A DNA stretch of 64,000 bases, from the UHGV virus genome UHGV-0139776; one strand, given 5' to 3'. This DNA is from a virus. The notes under the pieces are model-generated. The model saw only the letters and a list, made by a program, of their open reading frames with translations, was not told the DNA's origin and made no database searches. Position numbers and translations under genes: made by a program. How positions within the stretch are numbered: the stretch's first letter is position 1; the number at the start of each line of letters is the position of its first letter. Shown one piece after another: positions 1 to 9,559 of the stretch.

Positions 1-41
1 GAGGGCCACGGAACGGGCACACCAACGGGCAGCGCAGAGCC

Positions 42-67
42 TTCCCCCAAACCAACGTTTCTATGCC
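42..67. other. second crossover-like site (TTCCCCCAAACC-AA-CGTTTCTATGCC) overlapping the fibre stop codon; start of a further cassette
   Basis: Positions 1-55 are identical to 473-527; the minus-strand frame through 59..1 is open and encodes NVGLGEGSALPVGVPVPWP, the same junction peptide. Confidence 0.45.
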
Positions 68-2043
68 GCTCTTACGATGTAATTAAATGCAATATTACGC
101 GGACGAGCTGATACATAAGCCCACCAGTTATATCTTTGGGCACCTTTACTGGATGCATCAAATATCCACTTTTTGCCATTTATGGCCCCCCATTGATTAG
201 AGGTTAAAGTGTCACCAAATCCGTATTGTGTTGAGCTGAGTGAACTGATATCCCCAGTATCATTATCATCAAAACCGGAGACGATAGTGCCTTCCTGAAA
301 TGAAAGTATCTCTCGTCCTGCATCAATACCTCGTCCGTCATCCCAGCCACGGATAAATTCGCCCCGTAAATCCGGTAATTTATTGGTCGGATAAGCCTTT
401 GCCAGCCTGGGGTACATTTCAGAAGAAAATGCTGCGCCGTTACATTTCAGCCAGCCCGTTGGTGGTGTTGCTGAGGGCCACGGAACGGGCACACCAACGG
501 GCAGCGCAGAGCCTTCCCCCAAACCAAGGTAATCAAGAACGCTCTGAATACTGGTCTTACCAAGAATGGCGCGTCCAACACTTGTCAATGCAGTTAACGC
601 GGCACGATCAACACCTGTGAAATAAGGGAGTTTATCTGCTGCTGTAGCTAGTGCCGCTAGAGCAGTGAGCGTAGCGTCTGCCGCTTGCTTTCCATTAGCC
701 AAATCATATGCAGCCTTGACAGCTTTCGGTGTGGCGGCCAGCACTTCAGACGTACTGTTAGTGGCACTACTGAGCTGAGTGATGCCTTTCGCTGTCAATG
801 AAGCTGTTGGCACACCAGTGATCTGATTCCAGGGATGTGTATGACTGGATGGTGCCTTTCCGGCTGCTAGATCGTATGCAGCTTTAACCGCTTTTGGAGT
901 TGCAGCTAATGTTTCAGAAGTGCTGTTGGTGTCGCTACTGAGCTGAACTATCCCTTTTTGTGTCGTGGTTGCATCCTGGGCTGTATACTTCCCGTTAGCC
1001 AAATCATATGCAGCCTTGACAGCTTTCGGTGTGGCGGCCAGCACTTCAGACGTACTGTTAGTGGCACTACTGAGCTGAGTGATGCCTTTCGCTGTCAATG
1101 AAGCTGTTGGCACACCAGTGATCTGATTCCAGGGATGTGTATGACTGGATGGTGCCTTTCCGGCTGCTAGATCGTATGCAGCTTTAACCGCTTTTGGAGT
1201 TGCAGCTAATGTTTCAGAAGTGCTGTTGGTGTCGCTACTGAGCTGAACTATCCCTTTTTGTGTCGTGGTTGCATCCTGGGCTGTATACTTCCCGTTAGCC
1301 AGGTCATATGCAGCCTTGACAGCTTTCGGTGTGGCGGCCAGCACTTCGGACGTACTGTTAGTGGCACTACTGAGCTGAACTAATCCCTTTTGCGTTGTGC
1401 TTGCATCCTGCGCCGTATACTTGCTTTTCGCCAGATCGTAGGCTTTTTTAACTGCCAGCGAACTCGCAGCAACATCACTTCTGGTACTGGTTACAGAGTC
1501 TGAAATATCAATGCCGATCGTGCGGTTGATACGCTCGGATGTATCAATCATCTCTTGAGTAATGGTAGATACGCCAGCAGGGATATTCACCGTACAAACC
1601 AGCAGTTCCCCATCACCTAACTGATATGAATCGGTATAGGTTCTGGCAACAAATTCAGCTGCATGAATATGTGACGCGGTATTCACCTGATAGGTATCTT
1701 CTCCAAGAAGGTATCTTCCCTTCAGCACAATTGCATATTTCTTGCCTGCGTTAAGTGCAAGAGAGATATCCTTACGATGCTGAATAGTTACCTGGTAGAA
1801 TTCACCAATATCCACTGACGCCGCGCCAGCGGTTTTATCTCCATCCACTGAGGTGATTAACAGGTTCATTCCACCGCCAGGCTTAGGCAAGAAACCAGCA
1901 TAAAATCCTGGGTCAACAATTCCCCTGAATTTTCGGTTTAGAGCGGCTGACAGATATGGTTCGTGGTATTGCACATCAGCCACCAGAGCCAACGACTCGG
2001 GTGATGGGTAAGTAACCGATGTAACAACTGTAACGTCATTCAT
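61..2043 (-). CDS. tail fibre protein (S-like) with P2 gpH / Mu S-type repeat motifs and a variable C-terminal receptor-binding cassette
   Basis: ORF track 61..2130; preferred start ATG at 2043 preceded by AAGGA. Motifs LTAKGITQLSSATNSTSEVLAATPKAVKAAYDLA (repeated) and DATLTALAALATAADKLPYFTG are typical of Mu/P1/P2 tail fibres. Stop TAG at 61-63. Confidence 0.8.
   Translation of the reverse strand: MNDVTVVTSVTYPSPESLALVADVQYHEPYLSAALNRKFRGIVDPGFYAGFLPKPGGGMNLLITSVDGDKTAGAASVDIGEFYQVTIQHRKDISLALNAGKKYAIVLKGRYLLGEDTYQVNTASHIHAAEFVARTYTDSYQLGDGELLVCTVNIPAGVSTITQEMIDTSERINRTIGIDISDSVTSTRSDVAASSLAVKKAYDLAKSKYTAQDASTTQKGLVQLSSATNSTSEVLAATPKAVKAAYDLANGKYTAQDATTTQKGIVQLSSDTNSTSETLAATPKAVKAAYDLAAGKAPSSHTHPWNQITGVPTASLTAKGITQLSSATNSTSEVLAATPKAVKAAYDLANGKYTAQDATTTQKGIVQLSSDTNSTSETLAATPKAVKAAYDLAAGKAPSSHTHPWNQITGVPTASLTAKGITQLSSATNSTSEVLAATPKAVKAAYDLANGKQAADATLTALAALATAADKLPYFTGVDRAALTALTSVGRAILGKTSIQSVLDYLGLGEGSALPVGVPVPWPSATPPTGWLKCNGAAFSSEMYPRLAKAYPTNKLPDLRGEFIRGWDDGRGIDAGREILSFQEGTIVSGFDDNDTGDISSLSSTQYGFGDTLTSNQWGAINGKKWIFDASSKGAQRYNWWAYVSARPRNIAFNYIVRAA
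514..539. other. Cin/Gin/Hin-type crossover-like site (TTCCCCCAAACC-AA-GGTAATCAAGAA) at the constant/variable junction of the fibre gene
   Basis: Resembles hix/gix/cix half-sites around a central AA; identity with the copy at 42-67 ends exactly after the central AA dinucleotide. Confidence 0.5.
695..1380. repeat. perfect 300-bp tandem duplication (695-994 = 995-1294) plus a partial third copy, inside the tail fibre gene
   Basis: Direct comparison of the sequence lines: 300 bp identical, in frame (100 aa), third copy about 95 percent identical over 86 bp. Confidence 0.9.
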
Positions 2044-2054
2044 CAAGCATATCC

Positions 2055-2489
2055 TTATGCTGTAGTCGAGTTTATGGCCATAACTGCGGTATATGTTTTG
2101 CCCACATACAGCGAGTCTTCTTGGACACAAATAATGGCGATTGGCTTATTCTCGTTATCCAGAACAACCAGAGTGTTGAATGGGTAGTTTTTCCCTTCCT
2201 GCAACTGACTTTGATCAAGGTCCATTCGGACAGTAATTATCCCGCCTGAGTAGGTTGGAACGAGGTTGATGGTGCAAAATTGACTGGTCAGTTCTGCCAG
2301 ATCGAAAGCCTTTGGCAGTTCTCCAATCTCATAAGTGCCATCTCCTTTCTTAGTAACCAGTGAACTGGTACCGAAAACGGCCTTGCTGATTAAAAATCGA
2401 GAGCCTTTGTTAATGGACGATTCAGCGCGCCGCTGATAGTAATAGTCCAACAACTGACTCTTATAGAGGTTTGTTGAGACGTCAGACAT
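2055..2489 (-). CDS. tail-fibre-associated structural protein (R-like position), 144 aa
   Basis: ORF immediately upstream of the fibre gene in the same operon; no recognisable catalytic motif. Confidence 0.4.
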   Translation of the reverse strand: MSDVSTNLYKSQLLDYYYQRRAESSINKGSRFLISKAVFGTSSLVTKKGDGTYEIGELPKAFDLAELTSQFCTINLVPTYSGGIITVRMDLDQSQLQEGKNYPFNTLVVLDNENKPIAIICVQEDSLYVGKTYTAVMAINSTTA

Positions 2490-2567
2490 GATTTTCCCTA
2501 ATCAATGTTGTGAAGCCTCATTGTAAGATAAGTAACTTGTCACCCCGCCCTGCGGACGGGGTGATTG

Positions 2568-3407
2568 TCACGCATCGCTATCCAACAGCAAATCATCTGC
2601 GCGGGTGCGATCAAACGTAGGCGTTGCTTTCACAATAGTGCCGCCCGGCGTTGCAGTGATCGGGGCGTTAATCGACGTAACTTCAGTAAGCGAAGTTGTA
2701 TCCGAAGTTTCAAACCAGCAGAATGCTTTTTCGGTATCAGAAATCTCATTCAAAGTGATCATGTCGGCCTGTTCATTTACAACAACCGACAAATAGAGCG
2801 TAAGCCCATCAAACACTATATGCAGTGGCAGTAGAGGCTTTACGAACTGATTAAACTTTCTGAGAATTTCTTCTGTAATTGCGGACTGATCTATCGTTCC
2901 AGTAATACCCATTGTCCGGGCCAGGTCGTTTATGGGAATACTGATCATTCCTCTGGAAGTCAGAAACATCTCACCGAATGTGCCGCCGGTGGTTTCCAGT
3001 GTGCTTTCTGGAATCAGGACCGTGCCATAGGGATGACGTTCAAAGTCCACCGGAGCATATATGGGATCCCATAAAACCGATATACCGTTAAATTCGCGAT
3101 AAATTGTCTGGTTTATAGGGCGTTCAGTACCCTTAAAATGGATCTCATCAAACCGCTGTTGTAACAACATCGGAACGGAAGATGAATTCGACGTTCTGAT
3201 AGTAAAAAACTGGCCAAGTTCATTTGTCCTGGTCTCCAGATCCTCCTTGCTCATGGAGAAAATAGACTTCCGGTTGGTAATTCGCTCCAACCATGGGTCA
3301 ACAAAGGTGTCCATCATTGACTGAACCAAATCAGCCAATGATTTATAGAGCAATGACTTTTGCTTAGCTGATGTAAGCCGGTTATTAAACCAGGAACGTT
3401 GCATCAC
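2568..3407 (-). CDS. baseplate/tail structural protein, 279 aa
   Basis: ORF in the baseplate operon, 4-bp overlap with the upstream gene. Confidence 0.4.
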   Translation of the reverse strand: MMQRSWFNNRLTSAKQKSLLYKSLADLVQSMMDTFVDPWLERITNRKSIFSMSKEDLETRTNELGQFFTIRTSNSSSVPMLLQQRFDEIHFKGTERPINQTIYREFNGISVLWDPIYAPVDFERHPYGTVLIPESTLETTGGTFGEMFLTSRGMISIPINDLARTMGITGTIDQSAITEEILRKFNQFVKPLLPLHIVFDGLTLYLSVVVNEQADMITLNEISDTEKAFCWFETSDTTSLTEVTSINAPITATPGGTIVKATPTFDRTRADDLLLDSDA

Positions 3408-4837
3408 TCCTCCTCATACGAAATATTGAAGGTGGAGTTTCCTGTATCCAGATAAACGAAATCGTAAAAGCCGTTGGACTCATTCCACTCGACAAACTCC
3501 AGATAAAAGTCGCGGAAATAGCCCAACGTTTCGATAAACGCCCAAACGTCTTTTTTCTTAATCAGGATGTACTTTCCGACGCGGTTCGGATCAAAGAAAG
3601 TTGAGTCGCGCCCAAATTTTGTTTCCAGTGCCGACTTCAGCTCATCGGTCACGTTCTCAATGGTCAGGCTTGCCGATATCCGTCCGGTGATGGTTATCTT
3701 AAATGGTAGTTTTCTGACCTCTTTATAAGAGAATTTCTTGTTCAGTTCATTCGGTACCTTCTTAAAGGCAGTCAGGATCATTTCTTCAAGCTCTGACTGG
3801 CTTTTATTTGGATGCCATCCTGAAATAAATATCTTATTGATATTCTGAACATTATAAGCACCATCTAATTTCTCTTGCTGGCCTTCGCCCCATGCCTTTA
3901 CCCAGGACAGCCCCGGGATGTTACGAACCAGAAAATACGTATAGTCCCCGCCCCATACAACCTGATCATCATAGGCAAGGTAATATTGTGCACGGTTACG
4001 TGTGATCTCCGTTGTTTCAGCATCGGTACCTGCGGTTATAGGTGTCGTTGTCTTAACTGAAATCAAATTAGCTAAATTAGCCGCAGAATCGACAGGCGTC
4101 AGGTTTTGGCCAGCAACCAGGGTTATATCGCCGTTGGTGCACCATACCTTAAGCGTAATTGTCGAGCCTTCTGGCGGTATTTGCCCAATTAGCCCATCGC
4201 CGAATCGAACACCCAACTGTTCGGATGGTTTATAAAACTCAACGTAGACCTGGCTTTTACTACCAGCTAACCGGAACATTGTGCTGGAAGACCACTGCGT
4301 GGTCTTACCATCGGTCGTCACGAATACTTCCAGCTTATAGCAGACAGCAGTGAGAGCCTTTGATAACACGACTTCCAGAAATTCTTTGGCTGCCGTAACG
4401 GTATATGTCACCTCCTGGATTTCCAACTGTGCCACTTCTACCGTACCGGTGCCGTCAACCAACCTGCATACATCCATAGTCATGTAAGGGTACTGGTCGT
4501 CAGATATTAAAGGCGTGTTTTTGGGGATTACCGCTGGAGCATCTTCACTTGTGGCTGTGATCTCAACCATCCCGGATGACGGTGTTGGCTTGGTACCAAC
4601 GTAACTATTCGTTTCTGCCGCTGCCAGGATAGAGGAACGCCGCGTCGCGGTCGATATAAAGCCTTCAGCCAGTGCCGCATCGGCATACTGAAAGCACCTG
4701 TAGACAATCTGGGTAATAAACAATGTCAGCATCGAGACAAATTGAGAGCCGACAAACTTCGACCAGAATGAATCTTTCTCGACAAGCTCTTCAAACTCTG
4801 CACGAATACTGTCTTTAGTCGGTGTTGTTTTACTCAT
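3404..4837 (-). CDS. putative baseplate wedge (J-like) protein, 477 aa
   Basis: Size and position between a W-like small protein and the fibre genes; overlapping start/stop with neighbours. Confidence 0.4.
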   Translation of the reverse strand: MSKTTPTKDSIRAEFEELVEKDSFWSKFVGSQFVSMLTLFITQIVYRCFQYADAALAEGFISTATRRSSILAAAETNSYVGTKPTPSSGMVEITATSEDAPAVIPKNTPLISDDQYPYMTMDVCRLVDGTGTVEVAQLEIQEVTYTVTAAKEFLEVVLSKALTAVCYKLEVFVTTDGKTTQWSSSTMFRLAGSKSQVYVEFYKPSEQLGVRFGDGLIGQIPPEGSTITLKVWCTNGDITLVAGQNLTPVDSAANLANLISVKTTTPITAGTDAETTEITRNRAQYYLAYDDQVVWGGDYTYFLVRNIPGLSWVKAWGEGQQEKLDGAYNVQNINKIFISGWHPNKSQSELEEMILTAFKKVPNELNKKFSYKEVRKLPFKITITGRISASLTIENVTDELKSALETKFGRDSTFFDPNRVGKYILIKKKDVWAFIETLGYFRDFYLEFVEWNESNGFYDFVYLDTGNSTFNISYEEE

Positions 4838-5193
4838 AGCACCACGTCCTGTGTGATAGTTATATCCCTGATACGAATGGATATTTTCAACTTATCAAAA
4901 GCATCTCCCTCGGCTACTGACAAGCCAGAAATCGGTATGTCAGGTAAATCTACCGTCAGTTTTTGCAACAGCATTGCCTCAACCGCAATTTGAACATGCG
5001 ACAAGTTGGTCGGTTCGTGTTTAAACTGCGGTAAAACATTGCCCCATGACGGATCTCCGTATACCTCACCCTGATAAGTGTTTAGCCACTCATATAAACG
5101 AGCGCCCCAGGCCTCCTCCTGGGACTCATACGTTTTTACGCCGGATAACTCCAGCGTCAGCAAAGGATCAATTTCGTTATTGTTGGCCATCAA
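4834..5193 (-). CDS. putative baseplate assembly protein (GPW/gp25-like size), 119 aa
   Basis: Small ORF translationally coupled between sit and the J-like gene. Confidence 0.35.
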   Translation of the reverse strand: MMANNNEIDPLLTLELSGVKTYESQEEAWGARLYEWLNTYQGEVYGDPSWGNVLPQFKHEPTNLSHVQIAVEAMLLQKLTVDLPDIPISGLSVAEGDAFDKLKISIRIRDITITQDVVL

Positions 5194-8100
5194 TCAACTC
5201 TCGCGTAGTCATTCATCAACGGATCATCAATTGACAGTGGTACCGTGCGCATAACGCCCGGCTGAGGCGTGCTGACCTTTACGACAGTTCCCTGGCCTTT
5301 CGCCGAGTCTTTGGTGTGCTCTTCAATCCTGGCAAGCAATGAGGTCATCTGCGCAAACAGCCGCTTCGTTTCACCATCAAGTGAAACGGTATTATCAGCC
5401 AACTGCATTGTCGGCTTGGCACCGGAACCGCCAAGGTCACTAATAACCTGCCCGTCTATCTGCATACGACCGGTTGGTTGCTGCAAATCGTTGGCGGCAG
5501 TCGTCACCTGGGACGTGGAGGCTGGTTCAGGCGCATTATTTTTCCGCATCCCCGGCGAGTTGCGGAGTTTATCGAATAGTCCATCAATCCCCATTTGTGC
5601 GCCGAGTTGGTCAAAGTAACTTGAGTTGCTGGCCACCGGACGCGCCTCTTCAACTGGCATCGGAGTATCAACATACACATTGCCAGCTGCTGTTGCGGTC
5701 CCCTTCCCTCGTGCACGTTCTTCGAGCGTTCCCTGAACGACTTCCCGACGCATACCCCGGCCATTCATGAATTTGTTGACCAGATCGTTAACGCCAACAG
5801 CATTGCCGATTTTGTCTACCAGACCGCCTTTCTCAAACGGGCTATCACCAGGGGTAAACGCCAGACCAGTAGACTGATCGATAACGGCGTTATCAGGCAG
5901 TTGTCCCCTCACTCCATATTGCGCCCCACCCTGTGCTCCTGCCCCAGGTGTATAGATTTCACCACCTAAATAGCGAGCACGATGAGTATTGACCTTGATC
6001 GCGTACTCACGGTTTTCCTTCGATAAGTCACCGGTGCCTTTTTTCCACTTATTAATAGTGCCAAACCCAGCGTTATATGCAGTGATGGCCTCGTTTAAGT
6101 CTCCATTGGCTTGCTTCAGATACTTGCTCATGAGAAGAGCCGCAGCTTCTGCCGATTTCACAGGATCAAACGATTCACCTTCAGCTAAGCCAGTCTCTTC
6201 ACGAGCAATGCCCGTGAACTGAAACATTCCTAGAGCACCAGTTTGGGATTTTGCGTATGGATTACCACCAGATTCAGTTGCAGCAATCGCGTAAAGAGTG
6301 CCTTCAGGAAGACCATATTTATTCTCTAGTTCAGCAAAATACGGAGCTAACTTATCGAGATTTGCCTTACCTTCAGCGCCAAGGCTTCCGACTTTTACAT
6401 CTAAGTTGCCATTATTGTAGGTATCAGCAGCTTTCTGAATGTCATTCCCAGTGCCGGTGGTATTACGCGACGATGATGACGAGCTATTTTGTCCAATAGC
6501 TGAATCAATTTTCCGCACCGCGCTATTGCCCGTTTCTACGGCATTTGCATTGATAATCTGATTGGCAGTTTCTTTAACTGTTTTATTGCTATCTTTCGCC
6601 GTGTCCAGTGCCGCATTTATCACGCGGGTAGCAATATTAGTCTGTTTAGCATCGGATTCAGTTTTAGAATCAGATGTCTCCTGGTGGCTATTAACCGGAG
6701 CTTTTAACTCTGGAGTGATTTCTTTTGCATTAGCCTCGCCGATCGGATTGGGTATTTTTGATACAATCATTGCCGCTGGGGTATTTTTAACGGCATCAAC
6801 CGCTGCATCTAATGCTTTACCGGGTAAATTTTTAACCCCATCCCAAATATTACCAGCCGCCTCTTTAATGTGTTTCCCTGGGTTCTTAATGAAGTCAATT
6901 GCACTATCAATTGCATCACTGAAAACCTGTTTCAGGTTATCGACAGTAAAGAAGTCTTTTATGGCATCCAGCTTTTCAAGCAACTTATTAGATGTATCGC
7001 TAAACCATGCTGAAACAGCATCACCAATCTTTGCTGTGTAATCATCGAACTTGGTAGAAATGGTGTCGCCAAGGTTAGAAATATATGTTTCTAAGTTGGT
7101 AACCCCGCTATCAATGGCCTGGGCAATACTTTCCGTCGAAAATGATTGCAACATATTGCCGATATCCTCAAATCCAAGTGATTTGAGAACATCACCAATA
7201 GCACTGCTAATACCAGATACCAGTCCCCCCAAATCAAGAACATTGGCTAACGTATAAGCGGCTTTTTGCTGGAATGATGGATCTTGTCCTGATTTAAGCC
7301 CAAACGCTCGACGTTGCGCTTCTGTATCATTCCAACCGGTTACCGCATCATAAATACCTCCAGCCACTGTGCCGACTAGGGGAATTGCGCGTAACGCCCC
7401 TTTACCAACTGCCTTTAATCCAAGTTTACCTGCTGCCCGGGCAGCCAAATCTCCGCCTTCATGAGCGAGAGTCTTCTTGCCACCACCGCGTAGCATTCCT
7501 ACAAGTTTCTTTGCCCCCAGAGCGCCAAAAGCGAGTGCTCCAGCTTTTTTCAGCATGCCACGCCCCATTAACAACGACGCGACGCCACCGGCCCCCTTCC
7601 CTAACAGGCTAAATAGTTTGGACAGCAAGCCGCCCTTCTTTTTACCGGTGTTTTTGGCTATCTGATCAAGGGCGCGGAGAATCTTGTCATTGCCCTCTTT
7701 AATTTCGCTGGTCTGCTCCTGAAGTTCCTGAACCGTCCGTTTTTGGGTGTTAACCTGAACGACATCGGCACTATTTTGCGATTTACGCCTAAAAAAACCT
7801 TTTCTACGGCTGTTATCGTCATTGCCACGAATCACATCGGCAATAGACTTTCTGGCACCATTAAGCGATCCACCAACTTCTTTTGATATCCCGCCAAGCT
7901 CCTTCCCTGCTGCCCACAATGGACCAGCAACGGCATAACCTAACGCATCGACGGCACGAGTCTCTGAAGGGTTACCTATGCCTTCAGCTACTTTTGACAG
8001 TTTTTTTAATAAACCTGATTCAGCATTTAGACGCTCATCATCCTCTTTGCGCCTAGCCTTTTCAGCACGTTCAGCACGGGCATCTTCCGCTGCGGCCTTA

Positions 8101-8582
8101 CTCCCTGACTTTCCAATAAAACGACCACGCGCATCGCGTTGGTTTTGGCTTTTTTGCGCACCGCCTTTTTGACCGAACATTTCGCGAGCGTGTTCGGCTG
8201 CTTCGGTCCGTTGCGCCTTTACATCTTCTGTTATAGCCTTCTTGCGTCGTTTTTTACCCTTTCGCGTAGTTGATTTGGCCTGCGGTTCCTGTAGAGCAAC
8301 ATCCTCCTGAACTACACGAGAAACGTCCCCTAAATTAAGCCGTTTCATTGCCTCAACAATAGGGTCCACTGATGGCGCATTGGCCACAAAGTCTGGCCGG
8401 GAATTTTCGATTGTGCGATTTAATGCCGACACACTGCGAGAGACAGGATCAACTGTAGCAACTCGCCCCCCTTTCAAATCTTCAACGGCTTCCCGAATAC
8501 CTGCAAGCTCTTCCAGCTCTTTTGCGCTGGCGGTTTCAACCGTCCTTATCACATCGTCAATGTTGGCGTTTTTTCTTTCCAT
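5190..8582 (-). CDS. sit: tape-measure-like injection protein with a soluble lytic transglycosylase domain (Sit-like), 1130 aa
   Basis: SLT motif region LENKYGLPEGTLYAIAATESGGNPYAKSQTGALGMFQFTGIAREETGL...AYNAGFG; Gly/Ala/Lys-rich low-complexity segments; size matches my recollection of P1 Sit. Confidence 0.8.
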   Translation of the reverse strand: MERKNANIDDVIRTVETASAKELEELAGIREAVEDLKGGRVATVDPVSRSVSALNRTIENSRPDFVANAPSVDPIVEAMKRLNLGDVSRVVQEDVALQEPQAKSTTRKGKKRRKKAITEDVKAQRTEAAEHAREMFGQKGGAQKSQNQRDARGRFIGKSGSKAAAEDARAERAEKARRKEDDERLNAESGLLKKLSKVAEGIGNPSETRAVDALGYAVAGPLWAAGKELGGISKEVGGSLNGARKSIADVIRGNDDNSRRKGFFRRKSQNSADVVQVNTQKRTVQELQEQTSEIKEGNDKILRALDQIAKNTGKKKGGLLSKLFSLLGKGAGGVASLLMGRGMLKKAGALAFGALGAKKLVGMLRGGGKKTLAHEGGDLAARAAGKLGLKAVGKGALRAIPLVGTVAGGIYDAVTGWNDTEAQRRAFGLKSGQDPSFQQKAAYTLANVLDLGGLVSGISSAIGDVLKSLGFEDIGNMLQSFSTESIAQAIDSGVTNLETYISNLGDTISTKFDDYTAKIGDAVSAWFSDTSNKLLEKLDAIKDFFTVDNLKQVFSDAIDSAIDFIKNPGKHIKEAAGNIWDGVKNLPGKALDAAVDAVKNTPAAMIVSKIPNPIGEANAKEITPELKAPVNSHQETSDSKTESDAKQTNIATRVINAALDTAKDSNKTVKETANQIINANAVETGNSAVRKIDSAIGQNSSSSSSRNTTGTGNDIQKAADTYNNGNLDVKVGSLGAEGKANLDKLAPYFAELENKYGLPEGTLYAIAATESGGNPYAKSQTGALGMFQFTGIAREETGLAEGESFDPVKSAEAAALLMSKYLKQANGDLNEAITAYNAGFGTINKWKKGTGDLSKENREYAIKVNTHRARYLGGEIYTPGAGAQGGAQYGVRGQLPDNAVIDQSTGLAFTPGDSPFEKGGLVDKIGNAVGVNDLVNKFMNGRGMRREVVQGTLEERARGKGTATAAGNVYVDTPMPVEEARPVASNSSYFDQLGAQMGIDGLFDKLRNSPGMRKNNAPEPASTSQVTTAANDLQQPTGRMQIDGQVISDLGGSGAKPTMQLADNTVSLDGETKRLFAQMTSLLARIEEHTKDSAKGQGTVVKVSTPQPGVMRTVPLSIDDPLMNDYARVD

Positions 8583-8663
8583 GATCTTATCGCCTACCGC
8601 TTCGGTTTAAGTTTTTCTTCCAGTTTCTCCAACAGGAAAAACGCATAGGATTCAGTGAGCCTT

Positions 8664-9545
8664 TCAGCGTCCTGAATCGGTATACCCCCATACAAAACCA
8701 GGTTGGACACTAAGGTCTGATAGCTTTTCAATCCCCACCTGTGGAATGAAGTCGGTAGCCCGAAAGGGCACCCACAGACGGGTATACGCACCCTCTGTGG
8801 ACTCCTTTGTATCCTGGTTTGGGCATTTGTGCGGCGGGAGACGAAGACGCATTTCGCCTTTATCGATGTAGCACGGTAAACCATGTTCGAGCTTTTCATG
8901 AGCCAGCCGGATGTGTGCCGCCAGCTTCATAAATTCAGTATCAATGGCCATCCGTTTGATCGTTTCATAACGACGCTCAGCCTGCTCTTCACGAGTACCG
9001 CTAACATCGTTATAAAGTTCACACTGATAAGCGAATTCCCAAAAACGCAAATCAACGATCGCTTCTTTGAATTCCGCGTCGTCTTCAGGTGGCAATGCTG
9101 CACGGCGCATCTCCAGCATTTCCATTGCCCAACCATCAAGCGGCACGATACGCCATTGATAAGGCACGCCCTCTACAGACACCTCAATATCGTCAATGAA
9201 CGGTTCCACTTCCAGGACCTGGATATCTTCAGCCAGAGCATTCATATCGCAATCGTAATAATGCTCTTTACCGCAATGTTTACAGGTGTAGGTGAATGTC
9301 TCGACCGGTGTTTCACGGGAGCCAGTAAATATCCACCATAACGCGGTAATCCGGTCCTGCGCCGTCCATGTCAGGGGATCATATTTCGCGGGTTCAGCCA
9401 GCAAGACTTTTAAATACGCCGTTGTCTGTTGTTCTTGTTCCTCCGGTGTTATCGAGTTGAAACGCATCGCATCAGCAATATTTGGCTGACGGAACTGGAT
9501 CAATTCAGTTGGCCGCGATGGTAGCGGGAAAAGAGGTAAAAGCAT
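8664..9545 (-). CDS. hypothetical virion-associated protein, 293 aa (CKHCGKEHYYDC Cys/His cluster)
   Basis: ORF upstream of sit in the same orientation. Confidence 0.4.
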   Translation of the reverse strand: MLLPLFPLPSRPTELIQFRQPNIADAMRFNSITPEEQEQQTTAYLKVLLAEPAKYDPLTWTAQDRITALWWIFTGSRETPVETFTYTCKHCGKEHYYDCDMNALAEDIQVLEVEPFIDDIEVSVEGVPYQWRIVPLDGWAMEMLEMRRAALPPEDDAEFKEAIVDLRFWEFAYQCELYNDVSGTREEQAERRYETIKRMAIDTEFMKLAAHIRLAHEKLEHGLPCYIDKGEMRLRLPPHKCPNQDTKESTEGAYTRLWVPFRATDFIPQVGIEKLSDLSVQPGFVWGYTDSGR

Positions 9546-9559
9546 CCTTGCTCCTTAAT

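Noticed and set aside
399-620. Plus-strand ORFs nested antisense inside the tail-fibre gene (399..620) and inside sit (for example 5269..5619, 6562..7041, 7385..8610)
   Set aside because: They lie antisense to long, well-supported genes, have low-complexity composition and lack start context. They are treated as spurious.
61-2043. Diversity-generating retroelement as the explanation for the repeated fibre segments
   Set aside because: The repeats are identical rather than differing at adenine-templated positions, and no reverse transcriptase gene is present in the window.
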